Of a stretch of 64,000 bases of DNA, positions 25,520-36,259 are shown piece by piece. The number at the start of each line of letters is the position of its first letter. The stretch's first letter is position 1. Below the pieces are notes generated by a model. The model had not been told where the DNA came from, did no database searches, and saw nothing but the letters and a program-made list of their open reading frames with translations. The stretch is from NCBI GenBank assembly GCA_965601925.1, contig OZ271854.1:3648001-3712000 (forward strand), in the 5' to 3' direction. This DNA is from Alkalispirochaeta sp. (lineage in GTDB: Bacteria; Spirochaetota; Spirochaetia; DSM-27196; Alkalispirochaetaceae). Both the position numbers and the translations under genes were made by a program.

Positions 25520-28360
25520 GTGTTTTTAAAGAGTATCGATATATTCGGATTTAAGTCCTTCGCCGACAAGACGCACATCGCGTTTACCGACGGCATATCG
25601 GCGCTGATCGGCCCCAACGGATGCGGTAAGAGCAACGTCGTCGACGCCGTGAAGTGGGTGCTCGGCGAGCAGGCGACCAAGACCCTCCGTGCGGAGCGCA
25701 TGGAGGATGTGATTTTCAACGGGACCGACGCTCGAAAACCGTTGAACGTCGCCGAGGTTACGTTGACGTTGGAGAACGACGGCGTTCTTCCGCTGGAGTT
25801 TCCAGAGATTACCGTTCGCCGCCGCCTCTTTCGCTCGGGCGAGAGCGAGTATTTCGTCAACGGTGCACCGGTTAAGCTCAAGGATCTTCGCGAGCTCTTC
25901 TACGACACCGGTATCGGTAAATCGGCCTACTCGATCATGGAGCAAGGTAAGATCGATCAGATTCTTTCGACCAGACCCGAGGATCGGCGGTCTCTGTTCG
26001 AGGAGGCGGCCGGAATTACGCGCTACAAAATGCGTGGTCGCGAGGCCGACCGCAAGCTCGAGCGTACGGAAACGAATATGCGCGAGGTCGATACGGTTCT
26101 GGCGGAGATCAAGCGTTCCTACGACACCCTAAAAAAACAGGCCGACAAGACGCAGATCTATCGCGAGCTTCGAGACCGCCAGTTCAGTCTCGAGGTGGAC
26201 CTTCAACTCGCCCGGCTGGCGCAGTTTCGGGAGCAACAAGAATCGAACCAAGAAAAAGTAAGCTCGCTCGAACGACAGCGCGATGAAGTGAAGGCGGAGA
26301 TCGATCACCTCAATAGCCGCCTGGAGAACGACCTTGAACGGGTAAACACGATGGCCGGGCGGCAGTTTGAAGTACAGAAACAGCTATACGGATTGGAACT
26401 CGAAAAGACATCGCGGACCGATCGTATCGCCCTCATTCGCGAGCAACGGTCGCAGCTGGACGATCGTGTCGAGGCGGAACAGGGGCGTCTCAAGGGGCTG
26501 CAACGCAAGGCGGAGCAAACAGAAGCCGCCGTCGTCGAGGCCGAAACGATCGCTCGAGAGACGGCGCAGCAGATAGAGGAGATCGACGCGGGAATCGCGG
26601 TCGTTCAGGAACGCATCGTCGGCTCGCAGAACCGTCAACGTGAAGCGCGCGAGCTCATCGGAGCCAATGAGGGAGAGATCGCTCGGAACGATACCGAGAC
26701 GGCGGGTTGCCAGCGCGAGCTGAGGACGGTCACCGACGAGTTGGTAGACGCCCTGGATGCCAAGTTACGCGAGTCGGGGTACTCCGGTGCCGACCGTAAT
26801 CGCGCCGAGGAGGAGTTGCGCACCGCCGTCGATCACATGGCGATCACGCTCAAAGGACGCAGAGACACGCTCCTCGACCGGCTGGCCTTTCAAAAGGGCG
26901 ACGCCGGAGAGCACCAGACGGTCGCGCGCTCCGCGTTCGTCTCCTTGGAGGAGGCGTTCGAGAGACTCTCGACGGCTGCAGCGCGCTTTCAGGAGACCGT
27001 TCCCCGTTTTCTCGACGATTTTTTGGCGCCCGAGGGTACGATTACCCGTAAACGCACCCTGGACGAGAGAATCGAGGTACTGCAATACCAGAATCAGACG
27101 CTCCGTGAACGCAACCGCGAGCTCGGGACCGAGATCGAGAATCTTCAACGTACGCTGGAAACCGAGCGCGCCGGCTTGGAACAGATGCGCCTCAATCGTG
27201 TACAGCTGGAAAGTCGCGCCGTCGCCCAGAAGGAGACACTCGAGCGGTATCGGCGTGAGCTCGAAGAACACCATCGCCAGAGTCGAGAACTCGAAGAACG
27301 CATCGGGCGCGATATGGAACGGAGTCGCGCTCTGGAAGAGCAGATCGGCGTCCTGAAGGCGGAGCACGAAGCGCTCGTCGCCCAGGAACGGGAGCTCAAG
27401 GACGAGCTCGCATCCCTTGAGGAGAGAATCGCTCAGGACAACCAGAGCCTCAAGAACGAGGAAGAGGCTTTGAAACAGAAGATGCAGGCGTTGGCGCGCA
27501 ATCAAAGTCGTCTGGAGGAGGTGCAGGTGCGCCTCGCCGAGAAGCGTACGGAGATCCGCGCGCTCTACGACGGCTTTGCCGAACGACACGGCCGCGATCT
27601 CAGAGAGTTCGAGTCTCGAGAGGGGGCCGGCACGGGAGACCGCAAAAGCTTGCGCGACGACATCAATGACGTACGGGCCAAGCTCAAAGAGCTCGGAAAC
27701 GTCAATCTCATGGCGGTCGAGGAGTTTGCCGAGGTCTCGGACCGCTACGAGTTTCTCAACACGCAGTTGGGCGATCTGCGAAGCGCTCGGGATGATCTTG
27801 TGCGGGTCACCGCGGAGATCAAACGCGAATCGGAGCAGCTTTTCATCGAGACATACAACCGAATTCGCAAGAATTTTCACACCGTGTTTCGGCGTCTATT
27901 CGGCGGAGGACGGGCGGAGCTACGCCTCATAGATCCCGACAGCGTTCTCGATTCGGGTATCGATATCTTGGTACAGCCGCCGGGAAAGAAGCTTGAGAAC
28001 ATCGCGTTGCTCTCCGGAGGAGAGCGGAGCCTCACCGCCGTCGCGCTCCTGTTTGCGACGTTCATGGTTCGGTCTTCACCTTTTACGCTGCTGGACGAGA
28101 TCGACGCCGCCCTGGACGAACACAACGTCGGGCGGTTTGTGGGTATGCTCCACGAGTTCGCGCGGCAGTCGCAGTTCATCGTCATCACTCACAACAAAAA
28201 GACCGTCGCCGGCGCCAACACACTTTTGGGCGTGACCATGCAAGAGAGCGGGGTAAGTCGAGTCGTCGCGGTTCGTATCGACGGAAACGGCGCCGAACCG
28301 GACGAAGGAGACTCCCCGATCGCCGCCGAGGCCGAATTGGACCTCGAGGGTGTCGAATGA
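25520..28360 (+). CDS. smc: Chromosome segregation protein SMC (short form)
   Basis: GFKSF, GPNGCGKSN, long coiled coil, LLSGGE, LDEIDAALD. Confidence 0.95.
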   Translation: MFLKSIDIFGFKSFADKTHIAFTDGISALIGPNGCGKSNVVDAVKWVLGEQATKTLRAERMEDVIFNGTDARKPLNVAEVTLTLENDGVLPLEFPEITVRRRLFRSGESEYFVNGAPVKLKDLRELFYDTGIGKSAYSIMEQGKIDQILSTRPEDRRSLFEEAAGITRYKMRGREADRKLERTETNMREVDTVLAEIKRSYDTLKKQADKTQIYRELRDRQFSLEVDLQLARLAQFREQQESNQEKVSSLERQRDEVKAEIDHLNSRLENDLERVNTMAGRQFEVQKQLYGLELEKTSRTDRIALIREQRSQLDDRVEAEQGRLKGLQRKAEQTEAAVVEAETIARETAQQIEEIDAGIAVVQERIVGSQNRQREARELIGANEGEIARNDTETAGCQRELRTVTDELVDALDAKLRESGYSGADRNRAEEELRTAVDHMAITLKGRRDTLLDRLAFQKGDAGEHQTVARSAFVSLEEAFERLSTAAARFQETVPRFLDDFLAPEGTITRKRTLDERIEVLQYQNQTLRERNRELGTEIENLQRTLETERAGLEQMRLNRVQLESRAVAQKETLERYRRELEEHHRQSRELEERIGRDMERSRALEEQIGVLKAEHEALVAQERELKDELASLEERIAQDNQSLKNEEEALKQKMQALARNQSRLEEVQVRLAEKRTEIRALYDGFAERHGRDLREFESREGAGTGDRKSLRDDINDVRAKLKELGNVNLMAVEEFAEVSDRYEFLNTQLGDLRSARDDLVRVTAEIKRESEQLFIETYNRIRKNFHTVFRRLFGGGRAELRLIDPDSVLDSGIDILVQPPGKKLENIALLSGGERSLTAVALLFATFMVRSSPFTLLDEIDAALDEHNVGRFVGMLHEFARQSQFIVITHNKKTVAGANTLLGVTMQESGVSRVVAVRIDGNGAEPDEGDSPIAAEAELDLEGVE

Positions 28361-28689
28361 AGCGTTTTATACCGATTGCAGTCGGTGTAGCCGTTATCGG
28401 TGCCGGCGTGATCCTGCTTCTCATCCTACGTGCCGACAGACCGTCCATGGTCGAGGTTGCGCCGGGACGATACCTATCCCGCGAACTGCTCATACCCGAC
28501 GCCTCCTTTCTGATAGACTCGGTGGAGGAGGAGCTGTTGTATCCTCCGATACGGTCCGTGGTTGACCCCGATGAGCCCCTTGACCGGGATTTGATAGAAG
28601 AAATCCAACTCGACGTGGTCGAGTCATTGCGATCCGAACTGCTTTTGCGCTCCGAGGAGGGCGTGGAGGAGCTGCTGTTCGATGAATGA
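28357..28689 (+). CDS. Hypothetical membrane-anchored protein
   Basis: N-terminal TM; ATGA coupling to smc. Confidence 0.7.
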   Translation: MKRFIPIAVGVAVIGAGVILLLILRADRPSMVEVAPGRYLSRELLIPDASFLIDSVEEELLYPPIRSVVDPDEPLDRDLIEEIQLDVVESLRSELLLRSEEGVEELLFDE

Positions 28690-30067
28690 CGGTGGAAGGA
28701 TTCGCGTTGTAGGCGTCGCATTGCTTGCCGCTGCCCTTATCGCGTGTCGGACGATCGAACCGGCCACAGACGTACCGGAGTCCACCGTCGCCCAAAATCC
28801 TCCCGAGTTGTCCCTCGAGGCCCCGTACGCGGTCGAAGAGGGATTCGTATCGCGGGACGCGCTGGTCAGGCCGGCCCCGCCCCGCCCCGAGCCCTCGCTC
28901 GCGCCGTCTCGACCGGCGGACGGAGCGTTCGTGGCCGTCTTAGCGCTTCCCGGGGTTGCGTCGGCCGTTACCCCGGGCGACGAGGAGACGAGAGATGGTG
29001 CCGACGACGCGGAGGTACGAGCGCCGTCGATCCCGGAATCGATCGATACGGCTCCGATCGCGGCGACATCCGCGCGCGACACCGGGGGGAGAGCGTCGGC
29101 TATTCGCCCCGCGCCTGTCGAGACTCGGACAAATCCGGTGACGACTACTTCTGCGGACGCCTCGACCGGTACGACCGCCGACACCGACGATAATCCGGCT
29201 CCCGCACCACACGGCACGGCGAGTCCCTCGAACGTCGGCGACCGGAGCACCGAACGCGACGATGCGATCTCGACCTCCGAGGTAACGCGGTCGGGACCAT
29301 CTCCTACGACCGAGCGGAGGCGGGGCGAGGCGCTGGCCGTTTCGGACGACACGGAAATGACTCGCTCCGTCCGGCCCGGCGATCTTTTCGTCGTCCAGTT
29401 GCCGGGGCCGAGTTGGATTTTCGTCGGTCCGACCGATGGTGTGGAGTTCGTTGATCGTCGCGCTGTGGCTACCGGCGTGGAGTTTATGTTTCGTCTTCGC
29501 GAGTCGGAGGACGGACGACCGGTGGCGTTACGATTCGAATCTCAAGACCTCGCCGACGGCCGCCGCCGGATTCACACCGAGACGATCGAATCCTCCGACG
29601 GTATCGGACTCGCCGATCGCGATACACCGGGTGACGGTGACCCATTCCGAGGCGTCGGCTCACAGAGCGACTCGACCGAGCGGTCCCCCGGCACCGCATC
29701 CCTCTCCGATGGAGACCTCGCTCCCGATACGGAGGCGATCATCGAGGCCTTGGGAAGCGGTGAGTTCGGCACGCTCGGAATCACGGAAGAGGATCTGCGG
29801 AATCGGGTTACACTCCTTGAAGAGCGCGCCGAGCACGACCACAGGGCGCGATTATTGGAGGCGATGCTCGACGCCGGAGTGGTTGAGGGAGATTGGATCC
29901 TCTACACCTTGGCGCAGCTACTCGAGTCACCGTGGGACGGACGCGACATTAGGCGCGCCCGCGCGCTCTATCGTAGGCTGGTGGACGAGTATCCCTTCAG
30001 CTTCTACTGGGACGCCGCAGAGGAGCGGATTGAGTTTCTCAATCGTCACTTCTTCGATATTCGGTGA
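28682..30067 (+). CDS. Putative lipoprotein with a disordered linker and C-terminal TPR-like helices
   Basis: LIAC lipobox; C-terminal YRRLVDEYPFSFYW. Confidence 0.7.
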   Translation: MNDGGRIRVVGVALLAAALIACRTIEPATDVPESTVAQNPPELSLEAPYAVEEGFVSRDALVRPAPPRPEPSLAPSRPADGAFVAVLALPGVASAVTPGDEETRDGADDAEVRAPSIPESIDTAPIAATSARDTGGRASAIRPAPVETRTNPVTTTSADASTGTTADTDDNPAPAPHGTASPSNVGDRSTERDDAISTSEVTRSGPSPTTERRRGEALAVSDDTEMTRSVRPGDLFVVQLPGPSWIFVGPTDGVEFVDRRAVATGVEFMFRLRESEDGRPVALRFESQDLADGRRRIHTETIESSDGIGLADRDTPGDGDPFRGVGSQSDSTERSPGTASLSDGDLAPDTEAIIEALGSGEFGTLGITEEDLRNRVTLLEERAEHDHRARLLEAMLDAGVVEGDWILYTLAQLLESPWDGRDIRRARALYRRLVDEYPFSFYWDAAEERIEFLNRHFFDIR

Positions 30068-30101
30068 CGCGGTGCGTGGCGGTCGCGTAGCCCGTTTCGG
30101 A

Positions 30102-30130
30102 TTGACAGGGCGTGTCGTATTCTCTATAAC
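30102..30130 (+). promoter_or_regulatory. sigma70 promoter of the ffh operon
   Basis: TTGACA-17-TATAAC. Confidence 0.7.
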
Positions 30131-30157
30131 TATCGTTCAACTTATTGGAATTACGAT

Positions 30158-31492
30158 ATGCTGGATCAACTAAGCGGTCGATTGACGGACGCAGTACGAA
30201 CGATCTCCGGTAAGAGTCACATCTCGGAGAAAAACGTCCAAGACGCGATCGAGGAGATAAAGATAGCGCTCCTTGAGGCTGACGTGAGTCTCAAGGTCGT
30301 CCGTCGGTTCGTGAGTCGTACGCTGCGCGACGCGACCGGTGAGGCCGTATTACGTTCCGTCTCACCCGGTCAGCAGTTCGTTAAGATCGTGCACGATAAG
30401 TTGGTGGAATTTCTCGGAGACGAACGCCAGGATCTCCAGTTGCGGGGTCCGGACGTCACGAGCGTGATTCTTTTTTCCGGTCTGCAGGGATCGGGAAAGA
30501 CGACCACGGCCGCGAAACTCGCCCACCGTCTGCTGAGAGAGAAGCGGCGTCCGCTCTTGGTTGCCGCCGACTTGGTGCGTCCGGCGGCGGTCGATCAGTT
30601 GCAGCAGCTCGGCAATCAGGTCGGAGTAGCGGTCCACGCCGTGGACGGGTCGAGTGATCCGCGTAAGGTCGTAGAGGACGCTTTGACGCGTGCCAAAAAA
30701 GAGCTCTTCGACACGGTCATCATCGATACCGCGGGGCGAATGCAGGTCGACGAGGCGGTCATGGAGGAGATCGAAGCGATCTCTGCACTGGCGAAACCCG
30801 ACGAGCGTATTCTCGTCGCCGACGCGATGACCGGACAAAACGCCGTTGAGGTCGCCAAGGCGTTTCACGAACGGTTGGAGCTGACCGGCGTCATCCTCAG
30901 TAAGTTCGACAGCGATACGCGAGGTGGAGCGGCGCTCTCGATTCGGACCATCGCCGGTACGCCGATCAAATTTATCGGTGTCGGCGAAAAAATCGAGGAT
31001 CTGGAACCTTTCTATCCCGATCGTATCGCCTCACGCATCCTGGGAATGGGCGATATCGTGTCGCTCGTGGAGAAGGCGCAGGAGACGATCGATGTAGAGG
31101 AGGCGACGCGTCTCCAAAAGAAGATGGCGAGCGCGACCTTTACCCTCGAGGATTATCTCGCGCAGTTTCAGCGAGTACGTAAGATGGGGTCGGTCCAATC
31201 GTTGATCGAAATGATCCCGGGGATGAAGGGCAACGTCGATCCCGATCAGATCGATTTGGACCAGATAAAGCGCGAAGAGGCGATCATCCTTTCGATGACC
31301 CGCGAGGAGCGGGTCAACCATCGGATTATCGGCGTCTCGCGGCGCAAACGGATTGCCGGTGGAAGCGGAACATCGGTTTTTGAGGTGAATCAACTCATCA
31401 AGCGATTTGACAAGATGCGGGCAATGATGAAGAAAATGACGAAGAATAAGAAAATGCAGGCCGGACTGATGTCGCAGTTGGGCCGGATGTAG
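30158..31492 (+). CDS. ffh: Signal recognition particle protein
   Basis: GLQGSGKTT, DTAGR, RGGAALS, M-domain. Confidence 0.98.
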   Translation: MLDQLSGRLTDAVRTISGKSHISEKNVQDAIEEIKIALLEADVSLKVVRRFVSRTLRDATGEAVLRSVSPGQQFVKIVHDKLVEFLGDERQDLQLRGPDVTSVILFSGLQGSGKTTTAAKLAHRLLREKRRPLLVAADLVRPAAVDQLQQLGNQVGVAVHAVDGSSDPRKVVEDALTRAKKELFDTVIIDTAGRMQVDEAVMEEIEAISALAKPDERILVADAMTGQNAVEVAKAFHERLELTGVILSKFDSDTRGGAALSIRTIAGTPIKFIGVGEKIEDLEPFYPDRIASRILGMGDIVSLVEKAQETIDVEEATRLQKKMASATFTLEDYLAQFQRVRKMGSVQSLIEMIPGMKGNVDPDQIDLDQIKREEAIILSMTREERVNHRIIGVSRRKRIAGGSGTSVFEVNQLIKRFDKMRAMMKKMTKNKKMQAGLMSQLGRM

Positions 31493-31511
31493 AAACTCAG
31501 GAGGAAGTACA

Positions 31512-31766
31512 ATGAGTACCAAAATTAGATTAAAGCGTTTCGGCACGAAGAAGAGGCCCTTTTATCGAATCGTCGTGATGGATAGTAAAGAGCCGCGGGA
31601 CGGGCGCGCTCTCGATGAGCTTGGATTGTACCACCCGATCGAGGCGGAGGAGGCCAATCAGGTTCGTTTCGACGAAGAGAAGGTGCGTTCGTGGCTTGAA
31701 AAGGGAGCGCAACCCACGCAGACCGTCCGCAAGTTACTTAACCGTAATAACTTCACGGTTAAGTGA
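31512..31766 (+). CDS. rpsP: 30S ribosomal protein S16
   Basis: KIRLKRFG.KKRPFYRIVV, GAQPT. Confidence 0.98.
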   Translation: MSTKIRLKRFGTKKRPFYRIVVMDSKEPRDGRALDELGLYHPIEAEEANQVRFDEEKVRSWLEKGAQPTQTVRKLLNRNNFTVK

Positions 31767-31812
31767 GCCGAGGCGTCCGCGGACGTAACAAACCATGGAA
31801 GGAACGGTTGAA

Positions 31813-32046
31813 GTGGAACGTGACCTGGTTGAATATATCGCCAAAGCTCTCGTTGACGAGCCGGATCAAGTAGAGGTCAATATGATCGAGGGCGAGAAGT
31901 CTACGATTCTCGAACTCAAAGTCGCCGCCGACGATATCGGTAAGGTGATCGGCAAACACGGACGTATCGCAAAGGCGATTCGGACGGTGCTCGCCGCGAC
32001 CTCGACACGTACGGGAAAGCGAGTCGTACTCGAAATTCTCGACTGA
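31813..32046 (+). CDS. khpA: KH-domain RNA-binding protein
   Basis: DIGKVIGKHGRIAKAIR; conserved position between rpsP and rimM. Confidence 0.92.
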   Translation: MERDLVEYIAKALVDEPDQVEVNMIEGEKSTILELKVAADDIGKVIGKHGRIAKAIRTVLAATSTRTGKRVVLEILD

Positions 32047-32062
32047 CGACGAGTGTACGAGG

Positions 32063-32572
32063 ATGGATACGCTGACGATCGGCGTCTTGGGGAAACCGCG
32101 AGGCGTCCACGGGGATATGCGAGTCCGATCGTACTCCGGAGAGGTTGAGCACTTTCGTGCGCTTGAGGATGTCGTTCTGGTGCGGGGCGATACGAGTCGG
32201 CGGGCGCGGGTGAAGGACGTTCGAGTCGTACAGGGACTACCCGTGATTCGCTTTGAGGGTGTGGAGACACCGGAGGCCGCGCGAAGCCTGGTGGGGTGGG
32301 AGATTTCCGTCCCCCGGGAGTGTGCCGCGCCATTGGGTCCCGACGAGTACTACTGGAACGACCTTGTCGGGTGTCGTGTGACCGTCGACGGTATCGAGCG
32401 CGGGCGAGTCATCGCCGTTGTGGAGGGAACGCAGGCGCCCCTTTTGGAGGTCGCCCCATCGAGCGAAACGCCGTCGTCGACGGTGCTCGTTCCGTTCATG
32501 AGTCCCTTTGTCGGCGCGGTCGATATCGAGGGCGCCACCGTCGCCGTGGAACGATCGTGGATATTGGAGTGA
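32063..32572 (+). CDS. rimM: 16S rRNA processing protein RimM
   Basis: GKPRGVHG, EYYWNDLVG, LVPF. Confidence 0.95.
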   Translation: MDTLTIGVLGKPRGVHGDMRVRSYSGEVEHFRALEDVVLVRGDTSRRARVKDVRVVQGLPVIRFEGVETPEAARSLVGWEISVPRECAAPLGPDEYYWNDLVGCRVTVDGIERGRVIAVVEGTQAPLLEVAPSSETPSSTVLVPFMSPFVGAVDIEGATVAVERSWILE

Positions 32573-33291
32573 GGATCAGCGTTCTTACGCTCTTCCCGGA
32601 GATCGTAGAGCGCTACTTTGCGACGTCGATCCTCGGCAAGGCGGTACAGCGTGGGGCAATCGTCCCGAACGTCGTCGACGTGCGTGACTTTGCAGCCGAT
32701 CGTCATCGTACGTGCGACGACGCGCCGTACGGCGGCGGTGCAGGGATGGTGTTGTTGCCCGAGCCGCTGTCCCGCGCGTTGGATTCTGTTGACGCACGGC
32801 GCCGCCACGTGATATTTCCAAGTCCTTCCGGGAGACGGTTTGACCAGGCGGAGGCCGAACGGTTGTCTCGGATCGACGATTTCGTGTTGATATGCGGTCG
32901 ATACGAAGGAATCGATCAACGTATCATCGACGAGTACGTCGATGAAGAGCTGTCGATCGGCGACTACGTGTTATCGTCCGGAGAGCTGGCTTCAATGGTC
33001 GTCGTGGATGCGGTGTATCGCCTTCGAGACGGGATTATTCGTGCCGAGAGCGTGAAAGAGGAGAGCTTTCAAGACGGCCTTCTCGAGTACCCGCACTACA
33101 CACGACCTGAAGAGTTTAGAGGGCGCAGAGTTCCCGATGTGCTGTTGTCGGGACATCACGAACGGATCGCTCGGTGGCGTCGCGAGAAGCAGCTGGTAAA
33201 GACGGCTCGCAATCGCCCCGATCTGCTCGAGAAGATCGAGCTCACATCGCAAGAGAAACAGACGATCGAGGAATTGTCAAAAGAGGAGTAG
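32569..33291 (+). CDS. trmD: tRNA (guanine-N1)-methyltransferase
   Basis: [38 protein letters not shown] start. Confidence 0.97.
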   Translation: MRISVLTLFPEIVERYFATSILGKAVQRGAIVPNVVDVRDFAADRHRTCDDAPYGGGAGMVLLPEPLSRALDSVDARRRHVIFPSPSGRRFDQAEAERLSRIDDFVLICGRYEGIDQRIIDEYVDEELSIGDYVLSSGELASMVVVDAVYRLRDGIIRAESVKEESFQDGLLEYPHYTRPEEFRGRRVPDVLLSGHHERIARWRREKQLVKTARNRPDLLEKIELTSQEKQTIEELSKEE

Positions 33292-33295
33292 AGAT

Positions 33296-33652
33296 ATGGA
33301 TGCAATTAAGGCGCTTGAAGCTCGCCAGATGAAAGAAAACGCCGAAGAGTTCCGCATCGGCGACACCGTAAAGGTGCATTTTCGTATCGTCGAGGGGCGT
33401 ACCGAGCGCACTCAGATATACGAAGGGTTGGTTATCGCAAAGAAAAACTCCGGTTTGCGCCGAACGGTCACGGTGCGAAAGATGAGCTACGGAGTTGGCG
33501 TGGAGCGCGTATTTCCGGTCCACAGCCCGCGCGTACAAAAGATCGAGGTCACTCGACGGGGGCGCGTCCGCCGCGCGAAACTCTACTATATTCGCAATCG
33601 GGTCGGTAAGGCCGCCAAGGTCGCCGAGCTGATCCGCAAAAAGGGCTCGTAA
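33296..33652 (+). CDS. rplS: 50S ribosomal protein L19
   Basis: [22 protein letters not shown]. Confidence 0.98.
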   Translation: MDAIKALEARQMKENAEEFRIGDTVKVHFRIVEGRTERTQIYEGLVIAKKNSGLRRTVTVRKMSYGVGVERVFPVHSPRVQKIEVTRRGRVRRAKLYYIRNRVGKAAKVAELIRKKGS

Positions 33653-33665
33653 ACCCGCGTTCACC

Positions 33666-34787
33666 GTGCACGCACCCGGGGCGTCCGATTCTGGGATTCT
33701 CGCTCGTTTCGTCGGTGGAAGCGGTGGAAAACACCTCCTACGCCCCGGTGCTTCACTCGCATTTCGCGTGGAGTCTCTCGGTGACGAAACGGCGGTGCTG
33801 GTCCATCGGAGCGGCCTCCGTATCGCCGTGTCGTCGGTTTCCGGCGTTACGGTCGGAAAGACAGTTCACGGCACCGTTCTCGCGACTACGCCGTCACTGC
33901 GATTCAAGCTGGGTTTCCCGAATACGGCGGATGCAGGCTCCTCACGCTCAGCGGCGGCCGTCCCCGAGGACGCTGTAGCGCCCGACGGTAGAACGTTGAT
34001 CGATCGCTTTCTCGACGCACACCGGCTCTCCGGCGTTCCGGGAGTGCGCGAGCTCGCCCGCGCTATCATCGCCTCCCATCGCCATCTCGCCCCCGGATCG
34101 ATGCATCACTTGACCGCCCTGTTCGCGTTGCTGACGAGTCGGACCCACGGCGAACCGCAACGTCCCGAGCGCCGCGCGAGATTGGCCCGCGCGGCGGTTG
34201 AGCTTCACGATCGGTCCATCGAGGTATCCGATCCGGCGACGCCGTCGGAAATCGATCTCATAGGGTGGCTTGTCGACGGATCGGGGCGGGGTCGCGGCCG
34301 GAGCCGGGGAGATGGGCAACGTCGCGAGTCTCGGTCTCCCGGCGCTGTGCACGACCTATCGGCATACCTGAGTCGCGCCACCGATACGCCCGACCATCCG
34401 CTGCAGCTGTTTAACGCCTTAGCGACCACCGGCGATCACCACTGGGTCGTTATTCCCATCGGGGCGACATCGGGGAGTGAAACCTCCGAGGCGCGCGTCG
34501 AGGGAACGCTCAAGCTCGCCGTCTCCCGGACCAGCGGTGCGGTCGAAGGGGCGCTGTTGACGGTAGCGCGAGGGGGCGGACAGTGGCGTTTCTCCTGGCG
34601 TCCGGATCGCGGACAGTTTACGCTCAGCCGGGCGACCGGCGACGACGGAGCCCCGCCGATCCCCGAGGCGCTACTTGCCCGACTCGGCGTTACACGCCAT
34701 ACTGATCGCGTCGCGCAAGATGGCGACGACGGATTCACCATCGGTACGATCGAGGACGGCCACGTGGGAGTCGATCAATATGGATAG
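33666..34787 (+). CDS. Hypothetical protein (sits where FliK-like genes lie, upstream of an FlhB-like gene)
   Basis: Long ORF coupled to the downstream FlhB-like gene; function inferred from position only. Confidence 0.55.
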   Translation: MHAPGASDSGILARFVGGSGGKHLLRPGASLAFRVESLGDETAVLVHRSGLRIAVSSVSGVTVGKTVHGTVLATTPSLRFKLGFPNTADAGSSRSAAAVPEDAVAPDGRTLIDRFLDAHRLSGVPGVRELARAIIASHRHLAPGSMHHLTALFALLTSRTHGEPQRPERRARLARAAVELHDRSIEVSDPATPSEIDLIGWLVDGSGRGRGRSRGDGQRRESRSPGAVHDLSAYLSRATDTPDHPLQLFNALATTGDHHWVVIPIGATSGSETSEARVEGTLKLAVSRTSGAVEGALLTVARGGGQWRFSWRPDRGQFTLSRATGDDGAPPIPEALLARLGVTRHTDRVAQDGDDGFTIGTIEDGHVGVDQYG

Positions 34788-35046
34788 GGATGCAGCGGCG
34801 GCTGTCCGCTACGACGCAACGCTTCCCGCACCATTTGTCGTAGCCACCGGTCGTGGGGAGGCGGCCCGTAGACTGGTTCGATTGGCACAGGAATACGGTG
34901 TCCCCGTGCAAAACGCTCCTGAACTGGCAGACCGGCTCGTCGAGTTGGAGTACGGTTCGCTGATCCCCGAGGAGCTTTTTGTCCCGGTAGCGCACGTGTT
35001 GGCGTTCGTGCTCGGGCTCGATGAGGATTCGGGACGCAAAAAGTAG
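34780..35046 (+). CDS. FlhB C-terminal-like (EscU/YscU/HrcU) protein
   Basis: AVRYD...APFVVATGRG...IPEELFVPVAHVL. Confidence 0.88.
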   Translation: MDRDAAAAVRYDATLPAPFVVATGRGEAARRLVRLAQEYGVPVQNAPELADRLVELEYGSLIPEELFVPVAHVLAFVLGLDEDSGRKK

Positions 35047-35047
35047 T

Positions 35048-36193
35048 ATGAAAAAGATCTTGGTCAATCAGCTGGTAGCGGGGCAGCGTTACTCTCAGCC
35101 TGTCTACGTCGACGGGGACAATCTCTTCGTTCCCGAGGGCCTTGCCGTCAAAGAACGCGATATCGAGCGCCTCCGGAAGTGGGGAATCGAGGTGGTCTAT
35201 ACCGAGGGCGATCCGATTTCCGACGATCCTCAAGAGGCTTTTAACGCCTTTTTTTTGAAGGCCTTCAGTAGCCCGGCCCAGAAGGTGATCACGCGCGAGT
35301 ACGGCGCCCTCAAGAAGGAACTTCTGGCACTGTTCGGCCTGATTCGTACCAAGAAGCACCTTGACCAAGAGACGATTAATGCGCTCATAGATCGCCTGCT
35401 CAAGATGTTGGATTCGAACGCCAACGACGTCATTCAGTACATGCTCTACGGAATGCAGGGTGAGACGGGCGACGCGGAGAACGCGCTCAACGCAGCGATC
35501 CTGGCGGCGTTGGTCGGCCAAAAGATGCAGATTGCACGCCACAAAATCCTGGCGTTGGTAACCGCCGCCCTACTACACGACGTCGGTATGCTCAGAATCA
35601 GCCCCGAAATCGTGAACAAAAAGGGTAAACTCACCCCCGAGGAGCTGAGGCAAATAAAAACGCACCCGATCCACTCCTATCGCATTCTTACACGCGAGCT
35701 TTCCTACGGCGAGGATGTCGGCGTGGCGGCGCTGCAACACCAGGAACGGTGGGACGGACAGGGATACCCACGGCGTCTGGCAAAGGAGGCGATCGGGCTG
35801 GATGCCCGCGTCATCGCCGTTGCCGATTCGTTCATCGCGATGGTATCCAACAAGCCGTATCGCAGCTCGATGATCGGCTACACGGCGATGAGAAATCTCC
35901 TGAGCGATAACGGGACTCGATTCGACCCCGAAGTACTCAAAATCTTTATTCAAGTTATCGGAATCTATCCAATCGGCAGTATCGTTCTATTGAGTGACAG
36001 TAGTGTATGCCGGGTACTGGAAAATCGAAGCGTTGCGCCGCTCAAACCGCGCGTCAAGGTGATAATCGATAGTGACGGGCACGAGTTTATCGACGATAAC
36101 GGGCCCGAAATCGATCTCGCGGAGACCAAACAGTTGTTTATCGCCAAAGCGGTCGACGCGAACTCGCTCGCCGAGCAGCATCGCAGCGTCTAA
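35048..36193 (+). CDS. HD-GYP domain phosphodiesterase
   Basis: LLHDVG, HQERWDGQGYP, AVADSF, FDP. Confidence 0.92.
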   Translation: MKKILVNQLVAGQRYSQPVYVDGDNLFVPEGLAVKERDIERLRKWGIEVVYTEGDPISDDPQEAFNAFFLKAFSSPAQKVITREYGALKKELLALFGLIRTKKHLDQETINALIDRLLKMLDSNANDVIQYMLYGMQGETGDAENALNAAILAALVGQKMQIARHKILALVTAALLHDVGMLRISPEIVNKKGKLTPEELRQIKTHPIHSYRILTRELSYGEDVGVAALQHQERWDGQGYPRRLAKEAIGLDARVIAVADSFIAMVSNKPYRSSMIGYTAMRNLLSDNGTRFDPEVLKIFIQVIGIYPIGSIVLLSDSSVCRVLENRSVAPLKPRVKVIIDSDGHEFIDDNGPEIDLAETKQLFIAKAVDANSLAEQHRSV

Positions 36194-36259
36194 CGATCCG
36201 CGCGCGGCATCGCCGACTTTATCGCAGACGTCTCACGCCATATTTACCGCACAGTCTCC

